A stretch of DNA of 64,000 bases from Armatimonadota bacterium. GTDB lineage: Bacteria; Armatimonadota; SYMT01. This document shows positions 49,889 through 59,654 of the stretch, piece by piece. Below the pieces are notes generated by a model. That model searched no databases and was not told the DNA's origin. It worked only from the letters and a program-made list of their open reading frames with translations. Where the stretch lies: positions 448,001 through 512,000 of the forward strand of contig JAWLHY010000001.1 of assembly GCA_041690135.1 (NCBI GenBank), read 5' to 3'. The position numbers were made by a program, and so were the translations under genes. The number at the start of each line of letters is the position of its first letter. The stretch's first letter is position 1.

Positions 49889-49892
49889 AATC

Positions 49893-49982
49893 AGGGTAAG
49901 GGAGTGTGGGACTAGGGGAGTGGGTGTGTGTGGGAGCCGCCTGGATCACCCCCAAACCTCCATACTTCCACACCCCCTACCC
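49893..49982. repeat. Inverted pair of degenerate 8-bp tandem arrays (GGAGTGTG / CATACTCC-like) between convergent genes
   Basis: G-rich arm 49893-49936 and C-rich arm 49949-49982. Confidence 0.75.
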
Positions 49983-49984
49983 GG

Positions 49985-51019
49985 CTACAGCCTCACCTCG
50001 GCGCCGATGCGGGCTGACTCGTAGAGGGCGTCCAGCAAACGCATCACGATCAGGCCCTCCTCTCCCGTCGCCATCGGTTCCGTGTCGTTCAGGATGGCAC
50101 GGCAGAAGTGCTGCTGCGGCGTTTCGACGTGCTCCGGAATCCAGGGGTGTTCCGTGATGACATCGCCATCCGTACCCTTAAAGAGACGGGCTTCGAACTG
50201 GTAGCCCTCGTCCCAGTTACGGATCAGGGCCCCGCCGTCGATGCCGAAGAGCTGCGTCCACTGGTCCTCGCGCTTCTCCGAGTTCGAGGCCCAACTCGTC
50301 TCCAGCGTCAACGTGGCGCCGTTGTCGAAGCGGATGAACGCCGAAGCCAGATCGTCTACGTCGAACGTCTTGCCTTCCCGCTCCGCCAGGCGCTGTCCCA
50401 GATGGCTGTAAGTCGCTCCGGAAACGCTCACCGGCTTCGGGTATCCCATCAACCAGAGGACCAGGTCGAGGCGATGAACGCCGAGATCGATCAGGGCGCC
50501 GCCTCCCGACATGCTCTTGTTGGTGAACCAGCCCCCCAGCTGTGGGATGCCGCGCTTACGATGCCACACCGAACGGGCGTAGTAGATAGGTCCCAATGCT
50601 CCCGCGTCGATAGCGGACTTGATCGCCTGGGACGTGGGGAAGAAGCGCACGTTGAAGTGCATCATCATCTTGCGGCCCAGCTTGCGGGCGGTGGAGACCA
50701 TCTCCGCACCCTCGGCGGCGTTCATGGCCAACGGCTTCTCACACATCACGTGCTTGCCCGCGTGGAGCGCCGCCAGGGTCACCGGCGCATGCATCACATT
50801 CGGCAATACGATGCTGACCGCGTCGATCTCCCGGTCCGCCAGCAGGTCCTCGTAATTCGTGTAGGTCCGCCAGGGATGGACTTCCGCCGCCACCTGCTCC
50901 AACCGGTGCGGGTTGACGTCGCAAATGGCCACCAGGTCGGCTTCCGGGCAATCTCGATAATGCACGGCATGGTTTCGTCCCATCCCCATGCCGATCACAC
51001 CAACGCGTACTCGCTCCAA
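49985..51019 (-). CDS. Gfo/Idh/MocA oxidoreductase
   Basis: VGVIGMGMG, CEKP, GGGALIDLGVH; TTG start after GGAG. Confidence 0.95.
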   Translation of the reverse strand: MERVRVGVIGMGMGRNHAVHYRDCPEADLVAICDVNPHRLEQVAAEVHPWRTYTNYEDLLADREIDAVSIVLPNVMHAPVTLAALHAGKHVMCEKPLAMNAAEGAEMVSTARKLGRKMMMHFNVRFFPTSQAIKSAIDAGALGPIYYARSVWHRKRGIPQLGGWFTNKSMSGGGALIDLGVHRLDLVLWLMGYPKPVSVSGATYSHLGQRLAEREGKTFDVDDLASAFIRFDNGATLTLETSWASNSEKREDQWTQLFGIDGGALIRNWDEGYQFEARLFKGTDGDVITEHPWIPEHVETPQQHFCRAILNDTEPMATGEEGLIVMRLLDALYESARIGAEVRL

Positions 51020-51240
51020 ATCGCTTCTCCAATCCAACGGCTGTGCAGAATTCGGGGGCACATCTCAGATGTCGGCGCCGGACAGAGCGCTGACACAGTT
51101 CCCGGTCGCTCGGTAATACCCGCCGGATGTGGCGCTGAAGCATCCCAACACCCTTGCGGCAGGAAGTCGGGCTCCGGCGGCGGAACAGCGGGGTGGTCCT
51201 TCGAGGGCCGTCCAGAGATGCTGCGAGAGGGAAGGGAAGA

Positions 51241-51996
51241 ATGCAAAATATCATTGCGGTCAACATCGGCAGCTACCGGAAACACCGGGAGCGTGCCCTG
51301 GAGCTCCTACCGGAGCTCGGGGTCCGGAATGTCGAAATCCCCGTACCCGCCGCGGATGAGGTGGATGCCGTCCGGCAGCGGCTCGAGCGGAATGGCCTCA
51401 TCGCGACCACCCTGATCTGCCCTTGCGACCTTACCCAGGACGCGGAAACGATGCGCGAGAAGCTGGAGATCGGTCGGGCCATGGGAGTGCCGATCTTCTT
51501 CATCAGCGCCAAGGCGGGAGAACTGTCGAAGCCCGAGGCCTATGCCCGACTGCGAGCGCGCGCAGAACTGGCCGAGGAATACGGGATCACCCTGTCCCTG
51601 GAGACCCATCCGGATCTGGGGGAGAACGCCACCGAGGCCCGTGCCACGCTTCTGGCGGTGAACCATCCCCGCTTACGCTGGAACCTGGATACCGCCAATC
51701 TCTACTACTACAACCAGAATATAGACGCGGTCTCCCAGGCCCAGAAAGGCCTGGACCTGATTGCGAGCGTCCACCTGAAGGAGACCAACGGCGGTTTCAA
51801 GTGCTGGTGGTTCCCCGCCCTGGGAGAAGGAGTGGTGGACTTCGCCGGCGTGTTCCGCGTGCTCAACGAAGCCGGGTTCTACGGCCCCTTCACCTTCGAG
51901 CTGGAAGGCATCCAGGGCGAGGAGCTGAGTGAAGCGGAAGCCCAGGCCCGCGTGGCGAAGAGCCTCGCGCATCTGCGGAGCCTGGGCTTGACTTAA
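51241..51996 (+). CDS. Sugar phosphate isomerase/epimerase (TIM barrel)
   Basis: LETH, DTAN, VHLKE, GEGVVDF, FELE. Confidence 0.92.
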   Translation: MQNIIAVNIGSYRKHRERALELLPELGVRNVEIPVPAADEVDAVRQRLERNGLIATTLICPCDLTQDAETMREKLEIGRAMGVPIFFISAKAGELSKPEAYARLRARAELAEEYGITLSLETHPDLGENATEARATLLAVNHPRLRWNLDTANLYYYNQNIDAVSQAQKGLDLIASVHLKETNGGFKCWWFPALGEGVVDFAGVFRVLNEAGFYGPFTFELEGIQGEELSEAEAQARVAKSLAHLRSLGLT

Positions 51997-52008
51997 ACAA
52001 CTTTTGAT

Positions 52009-52905
52009 TTAAACAAACTCTGGGGCCAGGCGCTCGATCAACCAGTCCGCATACGCTTCCGTGTCGGCGTCGAGTTGGATCGTGGCCTCCCGCACGTGGG
52101 TGTTGCGGATCACCCCCATTGTTTTCAGCAGCCGCTTTTCCACGTGCAGGAACAGCTCCATGTGCTGCAGCTCGAACACGATCAACGGCAGCACCTGCTG
52201 GAAGGCTGCATAGGCCCCTTCGACATCCCCCTCGCGCCGCCGCTCGAAGGCTTCGCGCAGGGGGATGAGCGAGGCCGTGCCGGGCATCACCCCACAGATG
52301 CCGCACGGCACCAACTCCATCATGTACATCCCGCCCCAGCCCTCCAGCACCCCGATCTCGCCGTTCGTGGCTTCGAGGATCGACCGCACCCGGGGACCCA
52401 TCATCGGGTCTTCCAGCTTGAGGTAGCGGAAGTTAGGACATTCCCGGTGGAGCCGCGCGGCAAAGGAGGCTCCGACCGTCGGGCCGCCGGGGTTGAAGTC
52501 CTGAATCAGCAGCGGACCGCGGATCTGGCGGCATACGCCCGTGAAGTAGCGGAGCAGGTCCTCTTCGCTGAGCCCGAATACCCGAGGGGCGGCCATGCTG
52601 ATCAGGTTCGCACCCGCCTCTTCCATCTGTCGGGCCAACTCGACCGCCACGGACACGGAAGCGTGGTTCGCCTGACCGATGACCGGCACCCTTCCTCCCG
52701 ACGCCTCGACGGCGACCCGCACAACATAGAGCCGTTCCGCTTCGGAAAGTTTGTAGAACTCGCTGCCGTAGGCCGGCAGGCAAACGGCGGCCGCTTCCCC
52801 CTGCACGCAGAATTCGACCAGCGAGCGGAGATCTTCTTCGTCGATGGCCCCATCAGGGCGAAAGGGGATGGGAACGATCGGAACGATACCGGTAAGTGGT
52901 TGCAT
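52009..52905 (-). CDS. DapA-family aldolase
   Basis: PIPF..DG.ID, GSEFYKLSEAER, IQDF, KLED. Confidence 0.92.
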   Translation of the reverse strand: MQPLTGIVPIVPIPFRPDGAIDEEDLRSLVEFCVQGEAAAVCLPAYGSEFYKLSEAERLYVVRVAVEASGGRVPVIGQANHASVSVAVELARQMEEAGANLISMAAPRVFGLSEEDLLRYFTGVCRQIRGPLLIQDFNPGGPTVGASFAARLHRECPNFRYLKLEDPMMGPRVRSILEATNGEIGVLEGWGGMYMMELVPCGICGVMPGTASLIPLREAFERRREGDVEGAYAAFQQVLPLIVFELQHMELFLHVEKRLLKTMGVIRNTHVREATIQLDADTEAYADWLIERLAPEFV

Positions 52906-52928
52906 GGGTTATTCAAAGGACCGGTGCT

Positions 52929-53915
52929 TCAGGAGTGGCTTTCGTCCTGACGGCAGAGCCGGGCGAGCCGTTCCACGAACCGACGGCCGAAACCCTCGGC
53001 ATCCACCTCCAGGCAGATCTCCGCGTTGGGCTCCCGCGCTTCGGAATGGGCTCCGGGACGGAAATCCGCCACCGTCACCCCGCGGGTCAAGACACCTTCC
53101 GTTTCGACGTCCACCCGGCGTGCCACCTTCCGGAGCAGTAGGTCCGGCCACAACACGAGCCCGACGGGCAACGGATCGTGCAAGATACAGGCACGCTCCC
53201 CGAACCCCTGGAGATGATGCTCCATGTAGAAGTGGGTGATGGCGTGTACGAACCTTGCGGCCTCCGAGGACTGCAGGCCCTCCACGTCGGCAGGTCGCAG
53301 CAGGCACTGATGGGTGACGTCGAGCGGAACCCAGAGTTGCGGCACTCCGGATTCACACACCTGCTGAGCCGCCTCCGGATCTGCGAAGATGTTGAATTCC
53401 GCGACCGGGGAGGCATTGCCCGTCTCGCGGAACGCTCCGCCCATGATCACGATTCGCCTAAGCTGGCGGAAGGTGACCGGATCTTCCTGAAAGGCCAGCG
53501 AGAGGTTGGTCAGCGGGCCGAGAGTGATCAGGGTGATCTCACCCGGTCGCTGGCGGGTATGGTTCAGGAGTGAAGTGACAGCATCCACCGGGGAAAGCTG
53601 AGCGTGGGGCGGGTAAAGGGGCTGGCCATCCTCCGTGGTGTGCGAAACCACCCCCCCGAGTCCGTCCCAGCCGTGGACGAACTCCGCCGTTTCCCGCCCG
53701 GACGCGAAACCGCGGTGGATCGGGGGATTGGGGCGATCCGGCCAGGCCATTGGCACGATCCGGCGCGCGTTCTCGGTGGCCAGGTCCAGGCTCACGTTGC
53801 CGCCAACCGTGTGGACCGCCAAAACCTCCAATTCCGACGACGCCCCCGCCAGCAGCAGGGCGAGGGCGTCGTCGACTCCGGGGTCCGTATCGAGGATGAC
53901 CGGGAGGGGGGTCAC
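52929..53915 (-). CDS. Nucleoside hydrolase
   Basis: DTDPGVDDA, HGWDGLG, GPLTN, AEFNIFADPEAA, HDP. Confidence 0.95.
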   Translation of the reverse strand: MTPLPVILDTDPGVDDALALLLAGASSELEVLAVHTVGGNVSLDLATENARRIVPMAWPDRPNPPIHRGFASGRETAEFVHGWDGLGGVVSHTTEDGQPLYPPHAQLSPVDAVTSLLNHTRQRPGEITLITLGPLTNLSLAFQEDPVTFRQLRRIVIMGGAFRETGNASPVAEFNIFADPEAAQQVCESGVPQLWVPLDVTHQCLLRPADVEGLQSSEAARFVHAITHFYMEHHLQGFGERACILHDPLPVGLVLWPDLLLRKVARRVDVETEGVLTRGVTVADFRPGAHSEAREPNAEICLEVDAEGFGRRFVERLARLCRQDESHS

Positions 53916-53916
53916 G

Positions 53917-54579
53917 TTATTCGACGAACTTGACAACCCGCGTCACCGCGGGCAGCCCATCCACCGTCACCGTGAGGGTGATCGTGTCCGCTTCTTCGGC
54001 ATCGATCTGTGCTATCACCTCTCCGGAGCTATCGGTGATCTCCGCCTCGGTATCGATCTCGCCCTTGTCGACCTTGAACGCAACCCGAGTGGCCGGTAGC
54101 CGGCGACCTTTGGCGTCCAGCACGCGGACCGTCAGCTCGCACGGCTCTCCCAATTTGTAGTCCTTCTTCTGATACTCCACCGTGAACCGGCCTGGCTTGA
54201 CCGGCTTGTTGCGGATTCCGAGCGTCAGGTCCTCCCGGACATCCTGCGGCATGCCCTGGACTAGCACGCGGTACTTGATGGTCACCAGATAGAGGCCGTC
54301 CGGCAGTAGGCTGGTATCGGTGCGAGAAGTGCAGACGTTGGTTTGCGGGTTCCGGGCCGCGGGGAGCTTCTGAACTTCCTCGCCATACTCGTTCTGGAGA
54401 ATGACTTCCGGGTTCTGAAGGAACAGCTCACCCTGCGCGTGCTCCGGTAGGATGTTGAATTCCGCGATGCCCTTGAGGATAGCCCGGTCCGCGGGGGCGA
54501 GGATCTTGAGCTCCGCGGCGGCGGCAGGCCTGGCGCCGGCCGGCAGGAGGAGGGGAAGCAGCAGCAAGAGCCGTTTCAA
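53917..54579 (-). CDS. Secreted Ig-like (Big-1) domain protein
   Basis: TTG start after AGGAG; signal peptide LKRLLLLLPLLL...AAA; TVRVLDAKG, TDSSGE. Confidence 0.8.
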   Translation of the reverse strand: MKRLLLLLPLLLPAGARPAAAAELKILAPADRAILKGIAEFNILPEHAQGELFLQNPEVILQNEYGEEVQKLPAARNPQTNVCTSRTDTSLLPDGLYLVTIKYRVLVQGMPQDVREDLTLGIRNKPVKPGRFTVEYQKKDYKLGEPCELTVRVLDAKGRRLPATRVAFKVDKGEIDTEAEITDSSGEVIAQIDAEEADTITLTVTVDGLPAVTRVVKFVE

Positions 54580-54674
54580 GTGGGAATCTCCTGACCGGCC
54601 GAGAAACACAACAACGGGAAGACGGCCGGCACACGACATGGAGACGGAAAGCCGGCGTGGATGGTTCCGAAACG

Positions 54675-54920
54675 CTATTCCCAGGTGAGTGCGTCGAGGC
54701 TCTTCGCGTCCATCGCGCGCTCCAGGAACTGCTCGCACCACTCGGCGTCCGCGGCTTCGATCCGCTCTTCCAGGCGCCGGGGAAGCTCGCCGAATTGCTT
54801 CCGCAGCAGGCGGAGCGTCAACCTTCTGGCTTCTCGCTCTTCGCCACGTGCCTCCCCGCGTGCCTCGCCACGCGCCTCGCCTTCTGCGATCCATTCGTCG
54901 GTAATGGTTGCACCCTGCAT
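54675..54920 (-). CDS. Stand-alone Rpn C-terminal (DUF4351/RpnS-like) small protein
   Basis: EG(EARG)3, LRLLRKQFGELP...RIEAAD...SLDAL; GAGGA RBS. Confidence 0.8.
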   Translation of the reverse strand: MQGATITDEWIAEGEARGEARGEARGEEREARRLTLRLLRKQFGELPRRLEERIEAADAEWCEQFLERAMDAKSLDALTWE

Positions 54921-55017
54921 GGCAGGTAGTTCCTCTCGGAAGAGCGACTCCAGTAACGACCACTGTAAGGGTCCCCTCCCTATTGTCCAGGCTACGGCGT
55001 CGGTTCCTTCTCACCCA

Positions 55018-55050
55018 AACAAATTAGGGGACCGCCACCTGGCGGCCCCC
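55018..55050 (-). terminator. Intrinsic terminator downstream of the stress-protein gene
   Basis: Minus strand GGGGGCCGCCA-GG-TGGCGGTCCCC followed by TAATTTGTTT. Confidence 0.6.
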
Positions 55051-55098
55051 GTCTATTGACCTACCGAACGGAGGCGTTGCGAACTACCTATTGCGGCT

Positions 55099-56016
55099 TC
55101 ACGCCGCCTTCCGGATGTGGACGCCTTCCTCTTCCGTCTCGTCCTGAACGGCGCTGCCGCGGGCGTGCTCCAGTTCCGTCCGGTAGAGGTCTTCTTCCGG
55201 GGTCAGAGTGTCGACATGTTCGACGGAGTCGATTGGTTCCGGACGGTGGCCGCCGCGGGTTACGGGTGTGTGGCGATCCCAGGCACTGGCGGCACCCGGA
55301 TGGATGTCGACATCGTTGATCCGGTCGAAAGTACCCCCATCGACCATGCCTTCCGTGGGCAGGAAACCGGAGGTGTGCGCCCCCGATACTTCCAGCGGAA
55401 GATCGCGCGTAATCGGGACTCCGCCCGGCGACGCCGCCATGGTACCCACGAGGGCGGCCTGACTGTCGCTGCTGACGTCCGCAACGTAGCTGTTCGGGCC
55501 GGGATCGGCTTCACCGCCGGCGTGCGACCGGGTGTGATCGGCTCCCATTTCCCGTAGGATCAGGTGAGCCTCGCCTTCGCGGGCGGTGTCGTGTACCGCA
55601 ACGAGAACCCCACCCGCCCGGATGGCTTCTTCGTAGATTGCGGCTTCATCCTCCGGAATGCCGGACCCGATGAGCGCACCGATCAAACCGCCGGCCGCGG
55701 CGCCACCGACCAGTCCCGCAAGTGCGCCCAGGAGGGGTCCCGCGATAACTGCTGCGCCCATGCCCGGGATTAGAAGCGTGGACATGCCGAGTGCCCAGCC
55801 TCCGGCGGCCCCCAGCGCGCTTCCGGAGATCACCCCGAGAATCGTTCCCTGCTCGGCCTTATTGCCCGTCGCTTCCGCCATTTGCTGGACGCGTCCCGTG
55901 TCGTCCACTGCGATAACGCTGATCTGTTCTTGCGAGAAGCCCCGCTCGATCAGGCGGTCCACGGCGGCTCGGGCTCGCTCCCGATCGTTGAAAACTCCTA
56001 CTGCTGTGCGCTCCAT
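55099..56016 (-). CDS. General stress protein (YflT/17M-like, glycine zipper)
   Basis: AVGVF..RERARAAVDRL..GFSQEQISV; IAGPL; GIPEDEA..YE...GGVLVAV. Confidence 0.88.
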   Translation of the reverse strand: MERTAVGVFNDRERARAAVDRLIERGFSQEQISVIAVDDTGRVQQMAEATGNKAEQGTILGVISGSALGAAGGWALGMSTLLIPGMGAAVIAGPLLGALAGLVGGAAAGGLIGALIGSGIPEDEAAIYEEAIRAGGVLVAVHDTAREGEAHLILREMGADHTRSHAGGEADPGPNSYVADVSSDSQAALVGTMAASPGGVPITRDLPLEVSGAHTSGFLPTEGMVDGGTFDRINDVDIHPGAASAWDRHTPVTRGGHRPEPIDSVEHVDTLTPEEDLYRTELEHARGSAVQDETEEEGVHIRKAA

Positions 56017-56152
56017 TCCTGCTCCCCCTTCATTGCTCCCCTTTGCGAGGCCGCCTCCCGCAATTCCGGTGGGCCGTTGTCCCACCCACGCGTGGCCGGC
56101 ATCACACCGGGGCTTCTTCAAGATTGTTTCCGGGGGAGGGGAGGGCGAAACG

Positions 56153-57079
56153 TCAGGCGGCCAGCAGCATCCGGCCGTAGCGAGGATCCGCCTCGAGCAG
56201 GTCGAGGACTTCCCGTACGGCAAGGTCCTTGCCCTTGCACTCGAACATGATGTCGAAGTCCTGTTTCAAGGACCGGGTATCCGTCAGAAAACGCTCCAAC
56301 TCATCCCGGTCGATGCCGTAAGCGTGGGCGCCCGGCTTCTTGTCGGGGTCCTGGGACGAGAAGTGGATCTTGGGGGCTCCCATCTCGGGAGCCCAGGTCT
56401 GAAAGACCCGATCCAGCAGTTCCGCACAGGGCATTCCCGCCCACTGGCCTGGGATCACCGCGTGATGCAGCACATCCACTACGACGGGGAGACCAGTGCG
56501 GCGGCTGACCTCGATCGTCTCCTCGACGCTGTAGTACCGGTCGTCGTTCTCGATGACGAGATGCCGGCGGTGCTCGGGAGCCACCCGGTCGACCGCGCGC
56601 GCGAAGCGGTCCACCGCCTCTTCACGGGTAGGGGATTTCACCCCCACGTGCAGGATGATCTTGTGCTCCGGTCCCAGTTCCATCGTTTCCAGGACCCGGC
56701 CCATGTACTCCACGTCCGCCAGGGAGGCCTCGGCGACTTCCGGCTGTACCGAATTGAGGATGGTGAAGTGGCTAGCGTGGAAGGACAGCCGATGGCCGTG
56801 CGAACGGGCCCACCGGCCCACTTCCCGCAAGCGCCAGCCGAAGTCGGACCACCATTCCAGCGTGTTCACGGCGTGAGACGCGAACGGGATGAAGGCATTG
56901 CCGATCCGGAAGAGCCGCAGGCCGTGCCCCTCATTGTACCGAAGGACCTCCTGAAGGCCGTCGATGTTGGCGTGGATCAGGCTCCGGAGCTTCTCGGGGG
57001 TCGCGTTACGCAACACCGTGGTCCGCTGGCAGCGTGCTTCGTCGCATCCCAGGCTGATGCAGGCGTATCCCACTCGCAT
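56153..57079 (-). CDS. uvsE: UV DNA damage endonuclease
   Basis: RVGYAC, PFASH, ILHVG, IENDD, DVLHH, KIHFS, ECKGKD. Confidence 0.95.
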   Translation of the reverse strand: MRVGYACISLGCDEARCQRTTVLRNATPEKLRSLIHANIDGLQEVLRYNEGHGLRLFRIGNAFIPFASHAVNTLEWWSDFGWRLREVGRWARSHGHRLSFHASHFTILNSVQPEVAEASLADVEYMGRVLETMELGPEHKIILHVGVKSPTREEAVDRFARAVDRVAPEHRRHLVIENDDRYYSVEETIEVSRRTGLPVVVDVLHHAVIPGQWAGMPCAELLDRVFQTWAPEMGAPKIHFSSQDPDKKPGAHAYGIDRDELERFLTDTRSLKQDFDIMFECKGKDLAVREVLDLLEADPRYGRMLLAA

Positions 57080-57300
57080 GCTCAATGCTCCCTTTCCATG
57101 TGTCCGGCCGTCTCTGTTTCCGATCCGGGATCACCCTTTCCGGCGTCTCCGCCCCGTTGTATCCAGAGAGTAGCGATTTTGCTACATGTCTACCCGCACT
57201 GCCGGAAGGGCACGACGCCGCGCGCCTCGAACGGCATAGCAAGATAAACCCCAGCGCTCATCCCTCGCGCTTACCCCCTCTTTACCGGAAAGGATCGGGA

Positions 57301-58320
57301 ATGAACCGACTGTTAACCCGCCGCACGGCAGCCGCACTCATTGCGGCCGGAACGGCGCTCACCCTGGTATCGACCGCCCACCGTGCCGAGGCCCAGAGCC
57401 GCCCGAAAACGGGCAAGGCGATCCAGCTTTTCAACGGCAAGGACCTGACCAACTTCTACACCTGGCTGGTCGGCACCAAGTACCAGGACCCGGATAAGGT
57501 CTTTACCGTGGTCCCGAACGTGGACGGAAAGCCGGCCATCCGCGTGAGCGGTCAGCACTTCGGCGCCTTCATCACCAAGGAAGAGTTCTCGGACTACCAC
57601 CTGGTGACCGAGTTCAAGTGGGGCGAGAAGACCTGGGCACCGCGCGAGAAGGCGACCCGCGACAGCGGGATTCTGGTCCACTGCCAGGGACCGGATGGAA
57701 ACACCGGCAAGGACTTCAACGGCCCATGGATGCTCTCGCAGGAGTGTCAGATCATTGAGGGCGGCGTCGGCGACTTCATCCTGGTGGGCGGGCACACGCA
57801 GAGCGGTGAGCGCATCATCCCGAAACTGACCGTGACCGCCGGTAAGGACCGCGACAACGAGAACATCTACGACCCGAAGGCTCCCGCGAAGGAGTTCCAG
57901 GGAGGCCGCATCAACTGGTGGGGCCGCGACCCTGATTGGAAGGACACGATCGGCTTCCGCGGCAAGCAGGACGTGGAGAGCCCGTTCGGCGAGTGGACGC
58001 GTGTCGAGGTCATCTGCGACGGGGACAGCATCACCAACATCGTCAACGGCAAGGTGGTGAACCACGGGACGAAGTCGAGCCTCACCCGCGGCAAGATCAT
58101 CTTCCAGTCCGAGGGGGCGGAGCTGTTCTTCCGCAAGATCGAGCTGCGGCCGATCCAGAAGGCCGGCGCGGCGAACGGCGTCCGGACGGCCGGCCTGGAC
58201 AACCACCACCATCCCTCGCCGAAGGTGCTGCGCGGCAACCGCGGCTTCCACTACGGCGATCACCTGAATATCTACACGCTCAAAAACGCCGCCACCGCCT
58301 CCCACAAGAAGGCGAAGTAA
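57301..58320 (+). CDS. DUF1080 (3-keto-disaccharide hydrolase-like) secreted protein
   Basis: Tat-like TRRT leader; LFNGKDL, RDSGIL, GEWTRVE, FQSEGAE. Confidence 0.92.
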   Translation: MNRLLTRRTAAALIAAGTALTLVSTAHRAEAQSRPKTGKAIQLFNGKDLTNFYTWLVGTKYQDPDKVFTVVPNVDGKPAIRVSGQHFGAFITKEEFSDYHLVTEFKWGEKTWAPREKATRDSGILVHCQGPDGNTGKDFNGPWMLSQECQIIEGGVGDFILVGGHTQSGERIIPKLTVTAGKDRDNENIYDPKAPAKEFQGGRINWWGRDPDWKDTIGFRGKQDVESPFGEWTRVEVICDGDSITNIVNGKVVNHGTKSSLTRGKIIFQSEGAELFFRKIELRPIQKAGAANGVRTAGLDNHHHPSPKVLRGNRGFHYGDHLNIYTLKNAATASHKKAK

Positions 58321-58340
58321 CTCTGGAGTTGCTTACTCCA

Positions 58341-58389
58341 AAAAAGCGAAAGGGCACCTCTCATCACGTGAGGTGCCCTTTCGCCTTTG
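58341..58389. terminator. Probable bidirectional intrinsic terminator
   Basis: 15-bp stem GCGAAAGGGCACCTC / GAGGTGCCCTTTCGC with an A-run before and CTTT after. Confidence 0.85.
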
Positions 58390-58496
58390 GTCTCCCTGGC
58401 GTGTATCTGGCAAGAGTAGCTAAGTTTTCCGTACGCGATGCTGCGGCCACTCCGAGAGTAGTCAGGACTCGATCTCTGCCATAGGAGACCCGAACA

Positions 58497-58664
58497 GTAG
58501 GGAATGCGACGTACACCCGGCGGAGTTAGGGCCGTTCCATTCCGCAATCTGTAAAGCTGATCCGGCTGCGCCAAACCGAACCGATCCTGTTCCTAGACGG
58601 CTACGCGTTGGCGGGACGGGATCGGATCCCGTCCGACGGAACGCTACGGTGAGACGTTCCCTAC
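58497..58664. repeat. Inverted GTAG-type REP doublet with internal hairpin
   Basis: GTAGGGAATG at 58497; GGAACG-N11-CGTTCC-CTAC at 58638-58664; GGACGGGATC-G-GATCCCGTCC at 58614-58634. Confidence 0.6.
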
Positions 58665-58700
58665 GGGTGCCGCTCTCGAAAACTTTGGATGGAACCCGGC

Positions 58701-59654
58701 TCACACTGCCGGACGTGTCCCGCCACCGTGAGCAGCTGCCTGCCAGTTACCGGCTACGCCGCTTAGCCGGGCGTACTGCCGGCTGGGGAGCGGGTGGGGG
58801 AGGTGGCCCGCTATCAGCGCGGAGGCCCGGGCAATGCCCTCCAGGGAGACGCCGGTGGCGTATCCCATCCTCTCCAGCATGTACACCAGGTCCTCCGTGG
58901 CCAGGTTTCCGGCTGCGCCGGGCGCGTAGGGGCACCCGCCCAGGCCGCCCGCGGAGCTGTCGAACGTCGTGATGCCCGCCTCCAGCGAGGCGAGGACGTT
59001 GGCGAGCGCCGTGCCCGAGGTGTCGTGGAAGTGCATCGCCAGTTGGTCGCGAGGCAGGTCATCCGGCAAGGCCGCGAGCAGGCGTTCCACGTCCGTGGGC
59101 ACGGCCGCCCCCACCGTGTCGCCGATCGAGACCTCGTCCACGCCCAGGTCGAATAACTCGCGGACCACCGGCTCTACCTGGGCGGGCGCCATCTCCCCTT
59201 CGTAGGGGCAGACGAAACAGGTGGAGACATATCCCCGCGCGGTCAGCCCGGCCGCCGTCGCCCGTTCCGCGATCCCCCGGAAGGTATCGAGGGACTGCCG
59301 GATCGTCATGCCGATGTTGCGCTGGACAAAGGTCTCCGAGGCGGCGGTAAAGACGGCGATGCGCGGAATGCCGGAGGCGAGGGCGCGCTCCAGGCCCCGC
59401 TCATTCGGGACCAGCGCCGAGTAGCGGGTTCCACTTCCCGCCGGGAGACCGGCAATCACCGCCTCGGCGTCGGCCAATTGCGGGATGCGGCCGGGGTGGA
59501 CGAAGGAGGTCGCCTCGATTTCCCGCAGGCCTGCCTCCGTCAGCGCCCGGATGAACGCCAGCTTGACTTCCGTGGGGATGGGGGTCGGCTCGTTCTGCAG
59601 GCCGTCGCGCGGTCCGACTTCGATGATCCGGATTGGGGTAGCCACAGATTTCAC
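58701..59654 (-). CDS. Hydroxymethylglutaryl-CoA lyase
   Basis: EVGPRDGLQNE, HFHDT, GGLGGCPYAPGAAGNLATED. Confidence 0.96.
   Translation of the reverse strand: MKSVATPIRIIEVGPRDGLQNEPTPIPTEVKLAFIRALTEAGLREIEATSFVHPGRIPQLADAEAVIAGLPAGSGTRYSALVPNERGLERALASGIPRIAVFTAASETFVQRNIGMTIRQSLDTFRGIAERATAAGLTARGYVSTCFVCPYEGEMAPAQVEPVVRELFDLGVDEVSIGDTVGAAVPTDVERLLAALPDDLPRDQLAMHFHDTSGTALANVLASLEAGITTFDSSAGGLGGCPYAPGAAGNLATEDLVYMLERMGYATGVSLEGIARASALIAGHLPHPLPSRQYARLSGVAGNWQAAAHGGGTRPAV

Noticed and set aside
54580-55014. Extension of the Ig-like ORF to 365 aa
   Set aside because: Arg-rich read-through across the Rpn fragment; signal peptide and RBS place the start at 54579
57170-57185. GTAGC-N6-GCTAC dyad between uvsE and the DUF1080 gene
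   Set aside because: Too short and seen only once; cannot be distinguished from chance
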